Shown here one piece after another: positions 11,070-25,290 of a stretch of 64,000 bases of DNA. Position numbers and translations under genes: made by a program. Within the stretch, counting starts at the first letter, position 1; each line of letters begins with the position of its first letter. The stretch lies in NCBI GenBank assembly GCA_051294375.1, contig CM119269.1, positions 8,567,619 through 8,631,618 of the forward strand, in the 5' to 3' direction. The notes under the pieces are model-generated. The model saw only the letters and a program-made list of their open reading frames with translations. It was not told the DNA's origin and did not search any database. The stretch comes from Paraspadella gotoi. Taxonomy: Eukaryota; Animalia; Chaetognatha.

Positions 11070-13252
11070 CTAGAGAGGAGAGAGAGAGAGAGAGAGAGAC
11101 AATGGAAATTGCAGATGTTTTTTTTCAGTGGACGACATTGATTGTGGTCGCTTTCTATTTTGCTTTTTTTTCTCTTTATTTTCCTTTCTATTGCTTCCTC
11201 TCTTTTCTTAGCATTTTGTTGCATTTGAATTAAATTCCCTTTCTGTTTTACTTCTCCTTTCCTTTAGTAACTTTCCAGTTAATTTTTAACTATTTCTTTC
11301 TTTTCTCTTCTTTCCTCGTTCGAAGGGACCGAATCGGCGGAACATTTCGTGTCTAACCCAAAGACGTAACGAGTTTATTCGTTCAATTCGTTACTTAGTT
11401 TTTCCCTTTAAAAGTTGCGATGATTGGAATGACCGTCACGTGCGACTTTGTGCGTCACTTGACTTGACTGACTGCTTAATAAAAAGAAAGAGAGAAAGAG
11501 CATAACACCTCAACAATTGTCAAAATTGATTTATATTGTTTCAAATTTTAGGTAACAATTTACGCATAATTTGTTGATATTTTTTATTTCTTCTTTTATC
11601 GTAGGACTACCTTTTTCTATTTTTAATTGATTGGAATGAAAATAACAAAAACTAACTTCCTCTATTTTTCTTTCGATTTTCGTTGCAGAAAAAATAATAT
11701 CGATTGTCGACGAAAGATCGAAAAATTCGAACAAAGTTTAGTTTCCTCGATGCTGCCGCTTCTATTTTCCCTGACCCGAATTCCGAGATATTAAAAATGA
11801 TATAATTATAAATGAATAAAAAGAATCAGGGAGATATTTTATGTTGCTAGCATGACAGCCAGCTCTATAATCAAGTATATTTATCTTCGAATGAACGATA
11901 TTGGACCCCCAATAATGTTTTTACTACTTGTCGGCATCAATTATTAGAATATTTTATTTTTTTAAAGCATAAAAAAGATTGGAAAACAGTAAACAAATAA
12001 AAAGTACACTGACCACAAAAAATGTAACAAAAACCATTAACATCAAAACATATAACACTACTAAAATGTAAAAATTACTTCATGAAAGACTTTGAAATTT
12101 ACTTGCATGATATCCATCGTTTTTAAATTGATCAAAATCCTTATTTCATTCTGTTCGATGGCCTCACAAATCAACTTCGTTCCCGTGTAAGGATGTGAAT
12201 CGATCTCGTCGATTTCGACATTTGAATTGATTTTAGTTTTCGCTCGAACCAAGTTTTTTCGATTTTTTCACGGTTGAAAGTTATTTTTTTTAAAAATGGG
12301 ATTACTGGAGTTAACGACTGAAATATGCAAATGAGTTTTTAACATGTCAAAACGCCTAAAAACATACATAAGTGGGCTGGGGCTCTTTTGCTGAATGCAA
12401 GTGACAGTTCCGATAAATACAAAAAATTGAAACCGACGATAACGATTACTACACTTCATACGATTGGAATGAAAACACTAGGAAACAGTCCATTAAATCT
12501 TGACGATGAATCATTTGCGATCCTCATTTTCTTTGATGTCACTTTTAAATCAATTTTAGTTCAATGAGCAAAAGATTAGATAAAAAATCAAGATCGCGGA
12601 TCGAGAAAGAGACATAAATGAAAAAAGGATATATGTCTTTTATAAGATCTTGCCTGGGCCGGGTTGCGTGGGTGACAAAAAAAAATGCTTAAAACTTAAG
12701 GGTGTTTCACGATCAGCGTAATAAATAAAGTAGTAATTTGTTAAAAATTTTAATTTTAATTTAACGTAATCATTGATTATTGTAGGCCCAGGGTTAAATC
12801 AACATCCTTAAAAGTAAATGATCGAAAATGAAGGATTTTGGAAAGAATCATGTTTTCATACCCTTCATATCTAGACATATATTAAGTAAAAATATTAATT
12901 AGATTACAATATATTTGATTTTTTTAATTTTTTTAATTACTATATATTAAAAGAACATTTTTCAATATTTATTTAAAAAGTCACGATTTCTTCATTAAGC
13001 ACGGAATGTGACCTTTGATTGTGAATCTGTGATAACTCTGAGAATCATTGGCGTCGCTCAACGAAATCGCTTCTCCAGGCGGATGTTCGTGCCCGGGCCA
13101 GTCTCGGGCGGGTGAGATCTGGTAAGTTGCGAAATAAACTTTTATCTGAGGTACGAACATCAGTGGAGGTTCTGAGCAATGACATTACGAGCGAGGATGA
13201 CGGGCACAACTGAAAAACACAAAATGTATAAATTCGATTCCGGCACGAAATT

Positions 13253-13266
13253 GTCGCCATGGCAAC
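13253..13266. promoter_or_regulatory. RFX X-box-like motif GTCGCCATGGCAAC (also at 21026-21039)
   Basis: 13 of 14 bases match the palindromic consensus GTTGCCATGGCAAC. Confidence 0.55.
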
Positions 13267-13317
13267 GAAAGTAATAAACGTTTCGGGGATAACGGCGAAT
13301 GAGACGACGACGATGGA

Positions 13318-13348
<31 letters not shown>

Positions 13349-13674
13349 AGGATGATTACAGCGCGGGAGTGGACAACAGTAACGGTCCGGGTCCCCGTTT
13401 CTCTCCCTACTGAAGAATGATGACTATTGTGTGATCATAAAATGAAGAATTTCAAATGGTGGTCTACTGTAGTAGCCTTAAGTTTAAATTGGTCTTTCAC
13501 CTAAAACTGTAATTTTTTCTCACTATACTCTGATTTTTATACACTTAATATTTATCAGTATTTAGGGGATCGAGGGAGAATTTTTCGAATTATGGCCTTT
13601 ATTTTTCCAGAAAGCCCCTTTTCATCTTTCGATTCAGAATTGAGCTAATTTCTTTAGTTAAATATTAAGTAAAA

Positions 13675-13850
13675 GGTTAGAGCTAGGATTAGATTAGGAT
13701 TTAAGTTAGTGATTAAGTTTAAGGATTGGGTAGTGATTAGGAGAGAGGGTAGGGATGATGGTAAGGATTAGGGTAGGGTTAGAAATTATGTATAAACTAT
13801 AGAGGTTTAGGTTAGGATTTAGGATAAGGTTAGGGTTTAAGATAAAGGTA
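13675..13850 (+). repeat. Degenerate TTAGGG-like hexamer tract (also ~21455-21640)
   Basis: Runs such as ggattagggttagggttag and ggttaggatttaggataaggttagggttt. Confidence 0.55.
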
Positions 13851-15605
13851 GAGATTACGTTATAAGTTTAATAACAGATTTAATTAATATATATTTTAAT
13901 TTTTGTAAAAAGTTATCTGATTTTTTGTTTTTTGTGTTTATGGGTCAACAATAGCTTTTTTTCTTTTTCAAACGAGAGTAAATCGCGTAGGTCAAAATAA
14001 GTAGGATAGTGATGAATAATCAGACATATCAGAGAGAGAGAGTGTGTGTGTGATGTGTGTGTGTGTCTGTGTAGTGTGTGTGTGTTGGTTGGTGGTGAAT
14101 TTTCAAAGATCTGATATCTTCGACTGCATCGTCACAAAAAAATTTTCATCGATTTTGGGATCGTCAAATCTACCCGTTCCGAATCTGTCTTGCCATTCGA
14201 ATTCGACTCATTATTCCGAATCTGACCTAAAGACTCTCCTCTGTCCAAAAATTTTGCTGAATTGAGTTTCAAAAAAAAGTACCTTTGTTGAAGAGACATC
14301 ACATGCACACGATTTGTAAAATAGAGTATTTAAGCGGTTTAAATATAAACATGAAAAAGAATCTCATTAAATGCGTAGTAGGATTAAAAGTTCAAATAGA
14401 CGAATCATTTTTTTAAGACAGACCAAAGTCTGGACTGTTTCTTGAAAATAATTCGTTCATTTTAATCAAAATATTTCGAAAAAAATTTACTTGCAAATCC
14501 AACTACGATTTTCATAATTTGTTTTCATATTTAATTTAACCCTGAACAAATCAGAAATCTGGCTGACTTGTCGTTTCGCGCCAATCCACCATGTAAATCT
14601 GCCCGGCCTCATCCGCCCCTCCACGGCCTTCTTCCCCAGCTCAGAAGGTGCGCCGTTCGAAGCTCGAGGGGTCACGGACTCCCACGGAGTCGATGCATCG
14701 TCGATCAAAATTTCCTCCTGACATTTTCTTTTTCTTTCTTCTTTTACCGTCATTTTATCGAGCCCTTGACCGGCGAAGCCGGGTCAGGCTCTATAATGTT
14801 TTAGGGTTGCTTCTTTGTGACCGTTCGTCTCGTCGTCGTCGTGGTCACGCTGTTTTCATATATAAAAACACTACCGCTTTTTATAGGTTTGGCTGTGACT
14901 TACCGTTTTTTTAAAAAAAAATTATTATGAATTATGATAAAGTTTTACAAAAGTGTGCGATCATAGTAAGTTAAAATTTATATATGGCTTTTCATCTTGA
15001 AATAGCTGTGATATTTTCATATACATTTGGACTAAGTATTTTTTGTTGAATTTCCACTTCATTATGATTTACTGCAATATGCAAATGAGATTATAGTACT
15101 CATTATAATATCCAAATTAGTATATAGAAATGCTTTAAGCTAATTTACATATTGCAGTATATAATATTGAGATGAAAATTCAAAAAAATTTTTTAAATTT
15201 CTAATAAAAATGGGAACTCAAAGATTTTTTTAATAGAGAAGCTATATCTTATTTTATACAAATAAAAATAAAAATCTCTTTACAAGCTGCGATGGAAAAA
15301 ATTGGAAAGTTTCCAATTGTAAACCATTGTAACATTTTTTGCCTTTCTTTTATTTATTTTTAATTATATATATTTTTTTTTTGGCGCTGCTTTTCTTAAT
15401 CGTTTAAAAACGAGTTCAGTTTCTCTTGTCTCTCTTTGTGTGCGATCTCTTGCGTGATCGTTCGTTTTTTGAAAAATTTCTGATTATTTTTTTCTTTCTA
15501 AAAACATATATATTTGATCAGGCGCTGCCTTTTCTGAGATCGTTAAAAAAAACGAGTTCAGGCTCTCTCTCTCTCTCCCTCCGTCTCCCTCCGTCTCTCT
15601 CTCTA

Positions 15606-15646
<41 letters not shown>

Positions 15647-15991
15647 TTACAAAAAAAAATTATTTTCACTTTTGTTTACCCACCGTTTTTTGAAAAATTC
15701 TTATTATTTCTTTCCTTCTAAAAACTTTTTGTATCGCCATTTATTCCGCGTTCTTTCTCAATACAAAATCCCAAATTTTACATCTGAGATTTCGTGGATT
15801 TTTTTGAGTGAAAATGTGGAAGAATAACCTAACTTCACCATGGATTTTCGTGGCCGTTGCGGGGCAAACGAGTAAACAATGTCGAGGAACATGACCTAAT
15901 AACCAGCGTTACGTGTATAAAAAAATCACTTGACCGAGATCACGCCGATATAAACAGAGTGACCATATATTGCGTATCGTTGGCGGGAAAA

Positions 15992-16030
<39 letters not shown>

Positions 16031-16419
16031 TCGGTCTGCTCTCTGCTTCGTCTTCTCTCATCTCTTCTCTCTCTCGTCGTCTGCTCTTTTCGACTCTCGT
16101 GCTCTCTTTTGTTTCTGTTCTACAAAATGAAAAAGTAATTATTCACTTGTAACACGAGCTGAAACAGCGTTTCCGCTTCCGCTCCCTTGCTCTCTCTCTC
16201 TCTCTCTCTTCTCTCTCATCTATCTTTCTTCTCTATCTGTCTCTCTCTCTCTTTCTCTCTTTCTATCTCTTTTTGTACAAAAATATTTTTAGTCACCTTT
16301 TTTTACCTCCGCACTGCGCGACGGCAGTATAACGAGTTTCCGGCTCTCTTCTATCTCTCTCTCTCTCTCTCTCTTTTTTTCTTTACAAAAAAAAATTTTT
16401 TTAGTCACTTATTTTTTCA

Positions 16420-16451
<32 letters not shown>

Positions 16452-17211
16452 TCTCTATGTACGACCGTTCGTTTTTTGAAAATTCTTATTATTTTTTTTC
16501 TTCTAAAAAACTTTTTATTATCGCCATTTTTTTTTTTTTCTCTATAACAAATCCCAAATTTACATCCGAGATTTCATGGATCCTTTTTAGAAAAAAAGAA
16601 AAATAACTTTTTATATGCAGGCAATGTCACATGTACATCAGTTTTGCTGCTGTACATATAGCTGCTAATATGTCGGCAATTGCAGCGGACTTGAATTTAT
16701 TACAATATAACTTTCTAACAAAAAAATTTTTGTTTGGTTTTTGTTTATTACTTGTAACTTTGGACGTCCGCCCACTATTGGCAAATTATATCTAAAATAG
16801 GAGTTGAAGAGAGAGATAATTGTCGATAATTCAGGAAATATACGCATTCTTTTGTCTATTCATAAATTTTTACCAAGTTTCTCAAGTGTAAAATTTTTTA
16901 GTCGATATATTTAATCAGTGGTTTATTCTTTTTTAAATGAAAGTGAACATATCTCTGGGAAATGAGGTTGGAGATAAATAGTTATAAATAGTTAAATATG
17001 CAAATCATCCGAGAATTTGAGCCTCGGTCTGGTTTCTTCTTAAAAAAAAGAACAATCTAAAATTTCATTCAAAGGAAAGGAAAAGCAGTTCGTCCCTACT
17101 CAGATACGTCGAAAAACGAGTTTCAGCCTCGCAGGGCGGTTTCCAGCTTCTGATTATGATACCTTCCTATAGTAAACGAGAGTGATAGCACTCGACCAGG
17201 CTCTCTTTCAT

Positions 17212-17247
<36 letters not shown>

Positions 17248-17623
17248 TCCTCTCTCTTCTGATTCTCATACACGCACTCTTGATTTTGATTTATTACGAT
17301 AATCGACTCATCGCTGTCAATGAATGACTATCATTCGCGACTCATGAATGAGTTATCATCAAGTATCACATGAATGATTATCATCACATTGCAATGAATG
17401 ACATATCATCGCATCAATCATGGTATGATTCAAGTCATCTACATCAGTGTATTTTGCTATACAATCGCATCCAAGTGTGATTGGTTATCAATCGCGATAC
17501 AATATTTGGTTATCATCGCATCAATATTTGGTTATCATCAAAAGTAGGCTCGATTCCTTATGCTTTTAAGATTTTTTTATTTCCCGATTCCCGCTTTTCT
17601 CTCTCTCTCTCTCTCTCTCTCTC

Positions 17624-17672
<49 letters not shown>

Positions 17673-18520
17673 ATTACCGTTTCCTTCTCGACGATTTTCG
17701 AACCTTCCACACGAAACAGAGCATTTTTTATTACGCGGTCCATTCCCCCCCTTTTTACAAGCTTATAACGGCCGTGCTTAGTTAATAGTTATGCATCCAT
17801 TGAGTGAACCTTTTACAGAGAGATGATAAACAAACATGAAATGTGTACAGCAACTATACGTATTCACTATTAATTCTCATGAATATCTACAAATGGGATT
17901 TATTAGAATACTGAGTGCTGTTTAACCTGCACATTTGACTGTTTTTAACTACAGAGCCAGTAATGCAACACGATTTAAATGGCTTATTAACTCAATCTAC
18001 GAAGACAAGCGATAGATAACTGTAAGTTAACTGTTAAAGTTATTAATTACTTATTGATTTTGGTTGAAGAAACAGAAATTCGAGTAGGGAGCTGACGTGT
18101 AATTTACCCTCGCGCTAAAAGTTTTAGGACCTTTTACTATAAGTTTAAACGGTATATTTAAACATTTCTGATAAACTTATCACCGACTTCCTTGAGTTCA
18201 AAACGAGCGCGCCAAAACCGCAAAAACGTCGCTCCTTAAGAAAACCGGTTTTTTGATGGAAACGCCGGAAATCGAAAAAGTGACCGGGGTTTACCGGAAT
18301 CGATCCGCGCGGTAGCCGAACTTTTTGAGGACGGCGGGTCAATAGAGGAGGCGGCGAAGGCAGCTAGGGGGCCGACCTCATCTGATTTCCAGGTTTCAAA
18401 TAAAAAAACCGAGAAACGGAAAAAAAATCGAATGAAAGAAAATGAAGAAAAGAAAACAGAAGAGAAAAGAAAAAAGAAAGAAGAAGAGATTTCCACGGGC
18501 GTTCTTTCTCCCGTCACCGC

Positions 18521-18562
<42 letters not shown>

Positions 18563-18889
18563 CTCTCTCTCTCATCGTTCCGATTCGCTCTCAAATCCAT
18601 TATGAATCATTCTCCTTTCCTTTAGTAACTTTCCAGTTAATTCTTTAACTATTTCTTTCTTTTCTCTTCTTTCCTCGTTCTAAGGGACCGAATCGGCGGA
18701 ACATTTCGTGTCTAACCCAAAGACGTAACAAGTTTATTCGTTCAATTCGTTACTTAGTTCTTCCCTTTAAAGTTGCGATGATTGGAATGACCGTCACGTG
18801 CGACTTTGTGCGTCACTTGACTTGACTTGACTGCTTAAATAAAAGAAAGAGAGAAAGAGCATAACACCTCAACAATTGTCAAAAATTTA

Positions 18890-18965
18890 TATTACTAATT
18901 ACTAATTATTACTAATAATTACTAATTACTAATTACTAATTATTACTAATAATTACTAATTAACT
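18890..18965 (+). repeat. (TAATTAC)n-type microsatellite next to the gap
   Basis: Directly visible. Confidence 0.8.
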
Positions 18966-18988
18966 TTATGTTAACTTTNNNNNNNNNN

Positions 18989-21092
18989 CTTTTTTTTCTC
19001 TTTATTTTCCTTTCTATTGCTTCCTCTCTTTCTTAGCATTTTGTTGCATTTGAATTAAATTCCCTTTCTGTTTTACTTCTCCTTTCCTTTAGTAACTTTC
19101 CAGTTAATTTTTTAACTATTTCTTTCTTTTCTCTTCTTTCCTCGTTCGAAGGGACCGAATCGGCGGAACATTTCGTGTCTAACCCAAAGACGTAACGAGT
19201 TTATTCGTTCAATTCGTTACTTAGTTCTTCCCTTTAAAGTTGCGATGATTGGAATGACCGTCACGTGCGACTTTGTGCGTCACTTGACTTGACTTGACTG
19301 CTTAAATAAAAGAAAGAGAGAAAGAGCATAACACCTCAACAATTGTCAAAAATTGATTTATATTGTTTCAAAATTTTAGGTAAATTTACGATAATTTGTG
19401 ATATTTTTATTTCTTCTTTATCGTAGGACTACCTTTTTCTAGTTTTTAATTTGATTTGGAATGAAAATAACAAAAACTAACTTCCTCTATTTTTCTTTCG
19501 ATTTTCGTTGCAGAAAAATAATATCGATTGTCGACGAAAGATCGAAAAAGTTCGAAAAAGTTTAGTTTCCTCGATGCTGCCGCTTCTATTTTCCCTGACC
19601 CGAATTCCGAGTATAAAAATGATATAATTATAAATGAATAAAGAATCAGGGAGATATTTATGTTTGCTAGCATTGACAGCCAGCTCTATAATCAATATAT
19701 TTATCTTGAATGAACGATTTGGACCCCAATAATGTTTTTACTACTTGTCGGCATCATATATTAGAATATTTTATTTTTTTAAAGCATAAAAAGATTGGAA
19801 AACAGTAAACAAATAAAAAGTACACTGACCACAAAAATGTAACAAAAACCATTAACATCAAAACATATAACACTACTAAAATGTTAAAAATTACTTCATG
19901 AAAGACTTGAAATTTACTTGCATGATATCCATCGTTTTTAAATTGATCAAATCCTTATTTCATTCTGTTCGATGGCCTCACAAATCAACTTCGTCTCCGT
20001 GTGAAGGATGTGAATCGATCGTCGTCGATTTCGACATTTGAATTGATTTTAGTTCGCTGAACAAGTGTTTTTCGTATTTTTTACGGTTGAAAGTTTTTTT
20101 TTTTAAAAATGGGATTACTGGAGTTAACGACTGAAATATGCAAATGAGTTTTTAACATGTCAAACGCCTAAAAACATACATAATGGGCGGGGCTCTTTTG
20201 CTGAATGCAAGTGTTCCGATAAATACAAAAAATTGAGAAAACCAGATAACATTACACTTCATAACGATTGGAAAAAAGACAGCAGTCATTAAATCTTGAC
20301 GATGAATCATTTGCGATCCTCATTTTCTTTGAGTCACTTTTAAATCAATTTTAGTCAATGAGCAAGATTAGATAAATATACAAGATCGCGGATCGAGAAA
20401 GACATAAATGAAAAAAGGATATATGTCTTTTATAAGATGCCCTGGGCCGGGTTGCGTGGGTGACAAAAAAAAATGCTTAAAACTTAATATATGCGGTAAA
20501 ATAGTAGTAATTTGTTAAAAATTTTAATTTTAATTTAACGTAATCATTGATTATTGTAGGCCCAGGGTTAAATCAACATCCTTAAAAGTAAATGATCGAA
20601 AATGAAGGATTTTGGAAAGAATCATGTTCCTCATACCCTTCATATTAGACATATATTAAGTAAAAATATTAATTAGATTACAATATATTTGATTTTTTAA
20701 TTTTTTTAATATACTATATATTAAAAGAACATTTTTCAATATTTATTTAAAAAGTCACGATTTCTTCATTAAGCAACGGAATGTGACCTTTGATTGTGAA
20801 TCTGTGATAACTCTGAGAATCATTGCGTCGCTCAACGAAATCGCTTCTCCAGGCGGATGTTCGTGCCCGGGCCAGTCTCGGGCGGGTGAGATCTGGTAAG
20901 TTGCGAAATAAACTTTTATCTGAGGTACGAACATCAGTGGAGGTTCTGAGCAATGACATTACGAGCGAGGATGACGGGCACAACTGAAAAACACAAAATG
21001 TATAAATTCGATTCCGGACGAAATTGTCGCCATGGCAACGAAAGTAATAAAACGTTTCGGGGATAACGGCGAATGAGACGACGACGATGGGA

Positions 21093-21129
<37 letters not shown>

Positions 21130-23368
21130 ATGATTACAGCGCGGGAGTGGACAACAGTAACGGTCCGGGTCCCCGTTCTCGTCCCTACTGAAGAATGATG
21201 ACTATTGTGTGATCATAAAATGAAGATTTCAAATGGTGGTCTACTGTAGTAGCCTTAAGTTTAAATTGGTCTTTCACCTAAAACTGTAATTTTTTCTCAC
21301 TATACTCTGATTTTTATACACTTAATATTTATCAGTATTTAGGGGAGATCGAGGGAGAATTTTTCGAATTATGGCCTTTATTTTTCCAGAAAGCCCCTTT
21401 TCATCTTTCGATTCAGAATTGAGCTAATTTCTTTAGTTAAATATTAAGTAAAAGGTTAGAGCTAGGGATTAGATTAAGGATTAAGTTAGTGATTAAGTTT
21501 AAGGATTGGGTTAGTGATTAGGGATGAGGGTAGGGATGATGGTAAGGATTAGGGTTAGGGTTAGAAATTATGTATAAACTATAGAGGTTTAGGTTAGGAT
21601 TTAGGATAAGGTTAGGGTTTAAGATAAAGGTTAGGGATTACGTTATAAATTTAATAACAGATTTAAATTAATATATATTTTAATGTTTTGTAAAAAAGTT
21701 ATCTGATTTTTTGTTTTTTGTTGTTTATGGGTCAACAATAGCTTTTTTTTTTCAAACGAGAGTAAATCGCGTAGGTCAAAATAAGTAGGATAGTGATGAA
21801 TAATCAGCACATATCAGAGAGTGTGTGTGTGTGTGTGTGTGTCTGTGTGTGTGTGAATTTTCAAAGATCTGATATCTTCGACAGCATCGTCACAAAAACA
21901 ATTTTCATCGATTTTGGGATCGTCAAATCTCCCGTTCCGAATCTGACTTGCCATTCCGAATTCGACTCATTATTCCGAATCTGACCTAAAGACTCTCCTC
22001 TGTCCAAAACATTTTGCTGAATTGAGTTTCCAAAAAAAAAGGTACCTTTGTTGAAGAGACATCACATATACACGATTTGTAAAATAGTAGTATTTAGCGG
22101 TTGTATATAAACATGAAAAAGAATCTCATTAAATTTGTAGTAGGATTTAAAAGTTCAAATAGACGAATCATTTTTAAAGACAGACCAAAGTCTGGACTGT
22201 TTTTGAAATAATTCGTTCATTTCAATCAAAATATTTCGAAAAAAAAATTTAACTTGTAAATCCAACTACGATTTTCATAATTTGTTTTCATATTTATATT
22301 TAACCCTGAACAAATCACAAATCTGGCTGACTTGTCGTTCGCGACCAATCCACCATGTCAAATCTGCCCGGCCTAATACGCCCCTCCACGGCCTTCTTCC
22401 CCAGCTCAGAAGGTGCGCCGTTCGAAGCTCGAGGGGCCACGGACTCCACGGAGTCGATGCATCGTCGATCAAAATTTCCTCCTGACATTTTCTTTTTCTT
22501 TCTTCTTTTTACCGTCATTTTTATCGAGCCTTGACCGGCGAAGCCGGGTCAGGCTCTATAATGTTTTAGGGTTGCTTCTTTGTGACGTCGTCGTCGTCGT
22601 CGTCGTGGTCACGCTGTTTTCATATATAAAAAACTACTACGCTTTTATAGGTTTGGGCTGTGACTTACCGTTTTTTTTAAAATAAAAATTATTATGAATT
22701 ATGATAAAGTTTTACAAAAGTGTGCGATCATAGTAAGTTAAAAATTTAGATATGGCTTTTCATCTTGAAATAGCTGTGATATTTTCATATTACATTGGAT
22801 TTAAGTATTTTTTGTTTGAATTTCCACTTCATTATGATTTACTGCAATATGCAAATGAGATTATAGTACTCATTATAATATCCAAATTAGTATATAGAAA
22901 TGCTTTAAGCTAATTTACATATTGCAGTATATAATATTGAAGATGAAATTCAAAAAAATTTTTTTAAATTTCTAAATAAAAATGGGAACTCAAAGGATTT
23001 TTTTAATGAGAAGCTATATCTTAATTTTAATACAAATAAAAATAAAATCTTTTACAAGCTGCGATTGGAAAAAATTGGAAAAGTTTCCAATTGTAAACCA
23101 TTGTAACATTTTTTGCCTTTCTTTTATTTATTTTTTAATTATATATATTTTTTTTTAGGCGCTGCCTTTTCTGAATCGTTTAAAAACGAGTTCAGTTTCT
23201 CTCTGTCTCTCTTTGTGTGCGATCTCTTGCGTGATCGTTCGTTTTTTGAAAAATTCTGATTATTTTTTTCTTTCTAAAAACATATATATTTGATCAGGCG
23301 CTGCCTTTCTGAATCGTTTAAAAAAAACGAGTTCAGGCTCTCTCTCTCTCTCCCTCCGTCTCCCTCCG

Positions 23369-23428
<60 letters not shown>

Positions 23429-23782
23429 TTACAAAAAAAAATTATTCACTTTGTTTTACCACCGTTTTTTGAAAAATTCTTATTATTTCTTTCCTTCTAA
23501 AAACTTTTATTATCGCCATTTATCCGCGCTTCTTTTCTCAATACAAAATCCCAAATTTACATCTGAGATTTTCGTGGATTTTTTTGAGAAAATGTGAAGA
23601 ATAACTAACTTCACCTGGATTTCGTGGCCGTTGCGGGGCAACGAGTAAACAATGTCGAGGAACATGACCTAATAACGCGTTACGTGTATAAAAAAAATCA
23701 ACTTGACCGAGATCACGCCGATATAACAAGAGTGACCTAATATTGCGTATCGTTGGCGGGAAAACTTTCTCTCTCTCTCTCT

Positions 23783-23850
<68 letters not shown>

Positions 23851-23915
23851 TCTCTCTTTTTTTTTTTACAAAAAAAAAAATTATTCACTTGTAAACGAGT
23901 AAACACGTGTTCCGG

Positions 23916-23949
<34 letters not shown>

Positions 23950-24876
23950 TTCTCTCTATCTGTCTCCTCTCTCTTTTCTCTCTTTCTATCTCTTTTTTTT
24001 GTACAAAAATAATTTTAGTCACCTTTTTTTTTACCTCCGTCACTGCGCGACGAGTAAACGAGTTCCGGCTCTCTCTATCTCTCTCTCTCTCTCTCTCTTT
24101 TTTTTTTACAAAAAAAAATTTTTTAGTCACTTTTTTTTCACTCTCTCTCTCTCTCTCTCTCTCCTGTCTCTCTCTCTATGTACGACCGTTCGTTTTTGAA
24201 AAATTCTTATTATTTTTTCCTTCTAAAAACTTTTATTATCGCCATTTATTTTTTTTTCTCTATACAAAATCCCAATTTACATCCGAGATTTTCATGGATT
24301 CCTTTTAGAAAAAAGGAAAAATAACTTATAATGCAGGCAATGTCACATGTTACAATCAGCTTGCTGCTGTACATATAGCTGCTATATGTCCGGCAATTGC
24401 GCGGATTAATTTAATTACATATATAACTTTCTAACAAAAAAATTTTTTTTGTTTTTGTTTATTACTGTAACTTTGGACCGGTCGGCCCACTATTGGCAAA
24501 TTATATCTAAAATAGGAGTTGAGAAGAGAGATATTGTCAAATTAAACATTACTTTTTTTGTTATTCTAATAATTTTTACAATTTTAAAATTGTAAATTTT
24601 TTTAGTGTATATATTTAATCATTTTATTCTTTTTTAAAATAATAATTATTTGAGTTGGGATAAATATTTATAAATTAGTTAAATATGCAAATATGAAATT
24701 TGACCTCGGTCTGGTTTCTTCTTAAAAAAAAGAACAATCTAAAATTTCATTCAAAGGAAAGGAAAAGAGTTCGTCCCTACTCAGATACGTCGAAAAACGA
24801 GTTCAGCTCTGCAGGGCGGTCCAGCTTCTGATTATACTTTATATAAACGAGAGTGAAAACTGACCAGCCTCTCTCA

Positions 24877-24908
<32 letters not shown>

Positions 24909-25208
24909 TTCATTCATACACGCATTTGTTTGTTTTATTTACGATGAATGACTCATCGCGTCAATGAATGACTATCATCGCATCAATGAATGATTATCAT
25001 CATATCAATGAATGATTATCATCACATCAATGAATGACTATCATCGCATCAATCATTTGATTATCATCACATCAGTTATTTTATTATCATCGCATCAATT
25101 ATTGGTTATCATCGCATCAATATTTGGTTATCATCGCATCAATATTTGGTTATCATCAAAAGTAGGCTCGATTCCTTATGCTTTTAAGATTTTATTTCCC
25201 GGTTCCCG

Positions 25209-25290
<82 letters not shown>

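Larger units (their letters stand above)
11163..18611 (+). repeat. Copy 1 of a ~7.4-kb tandem duplication
   Basis: Colinear near-identity with 18989-26387, differing by many small indels. Confidence 0.9.

Noticed and set aside
11423-11442. ATTGG-N9-CACGTG resembling an ER-stress element
   Set aside because: Orientation and spacing fit neither ERSE (CCAAT-N9-CCACG) nor ERSE-II, and no target gene was identified.
24945-25158. Regular 22-bp repeats as a CRISPR array
   Set aside because: Head-to-tail units with no unique spacers, no cas genes, and eukaryotic context.
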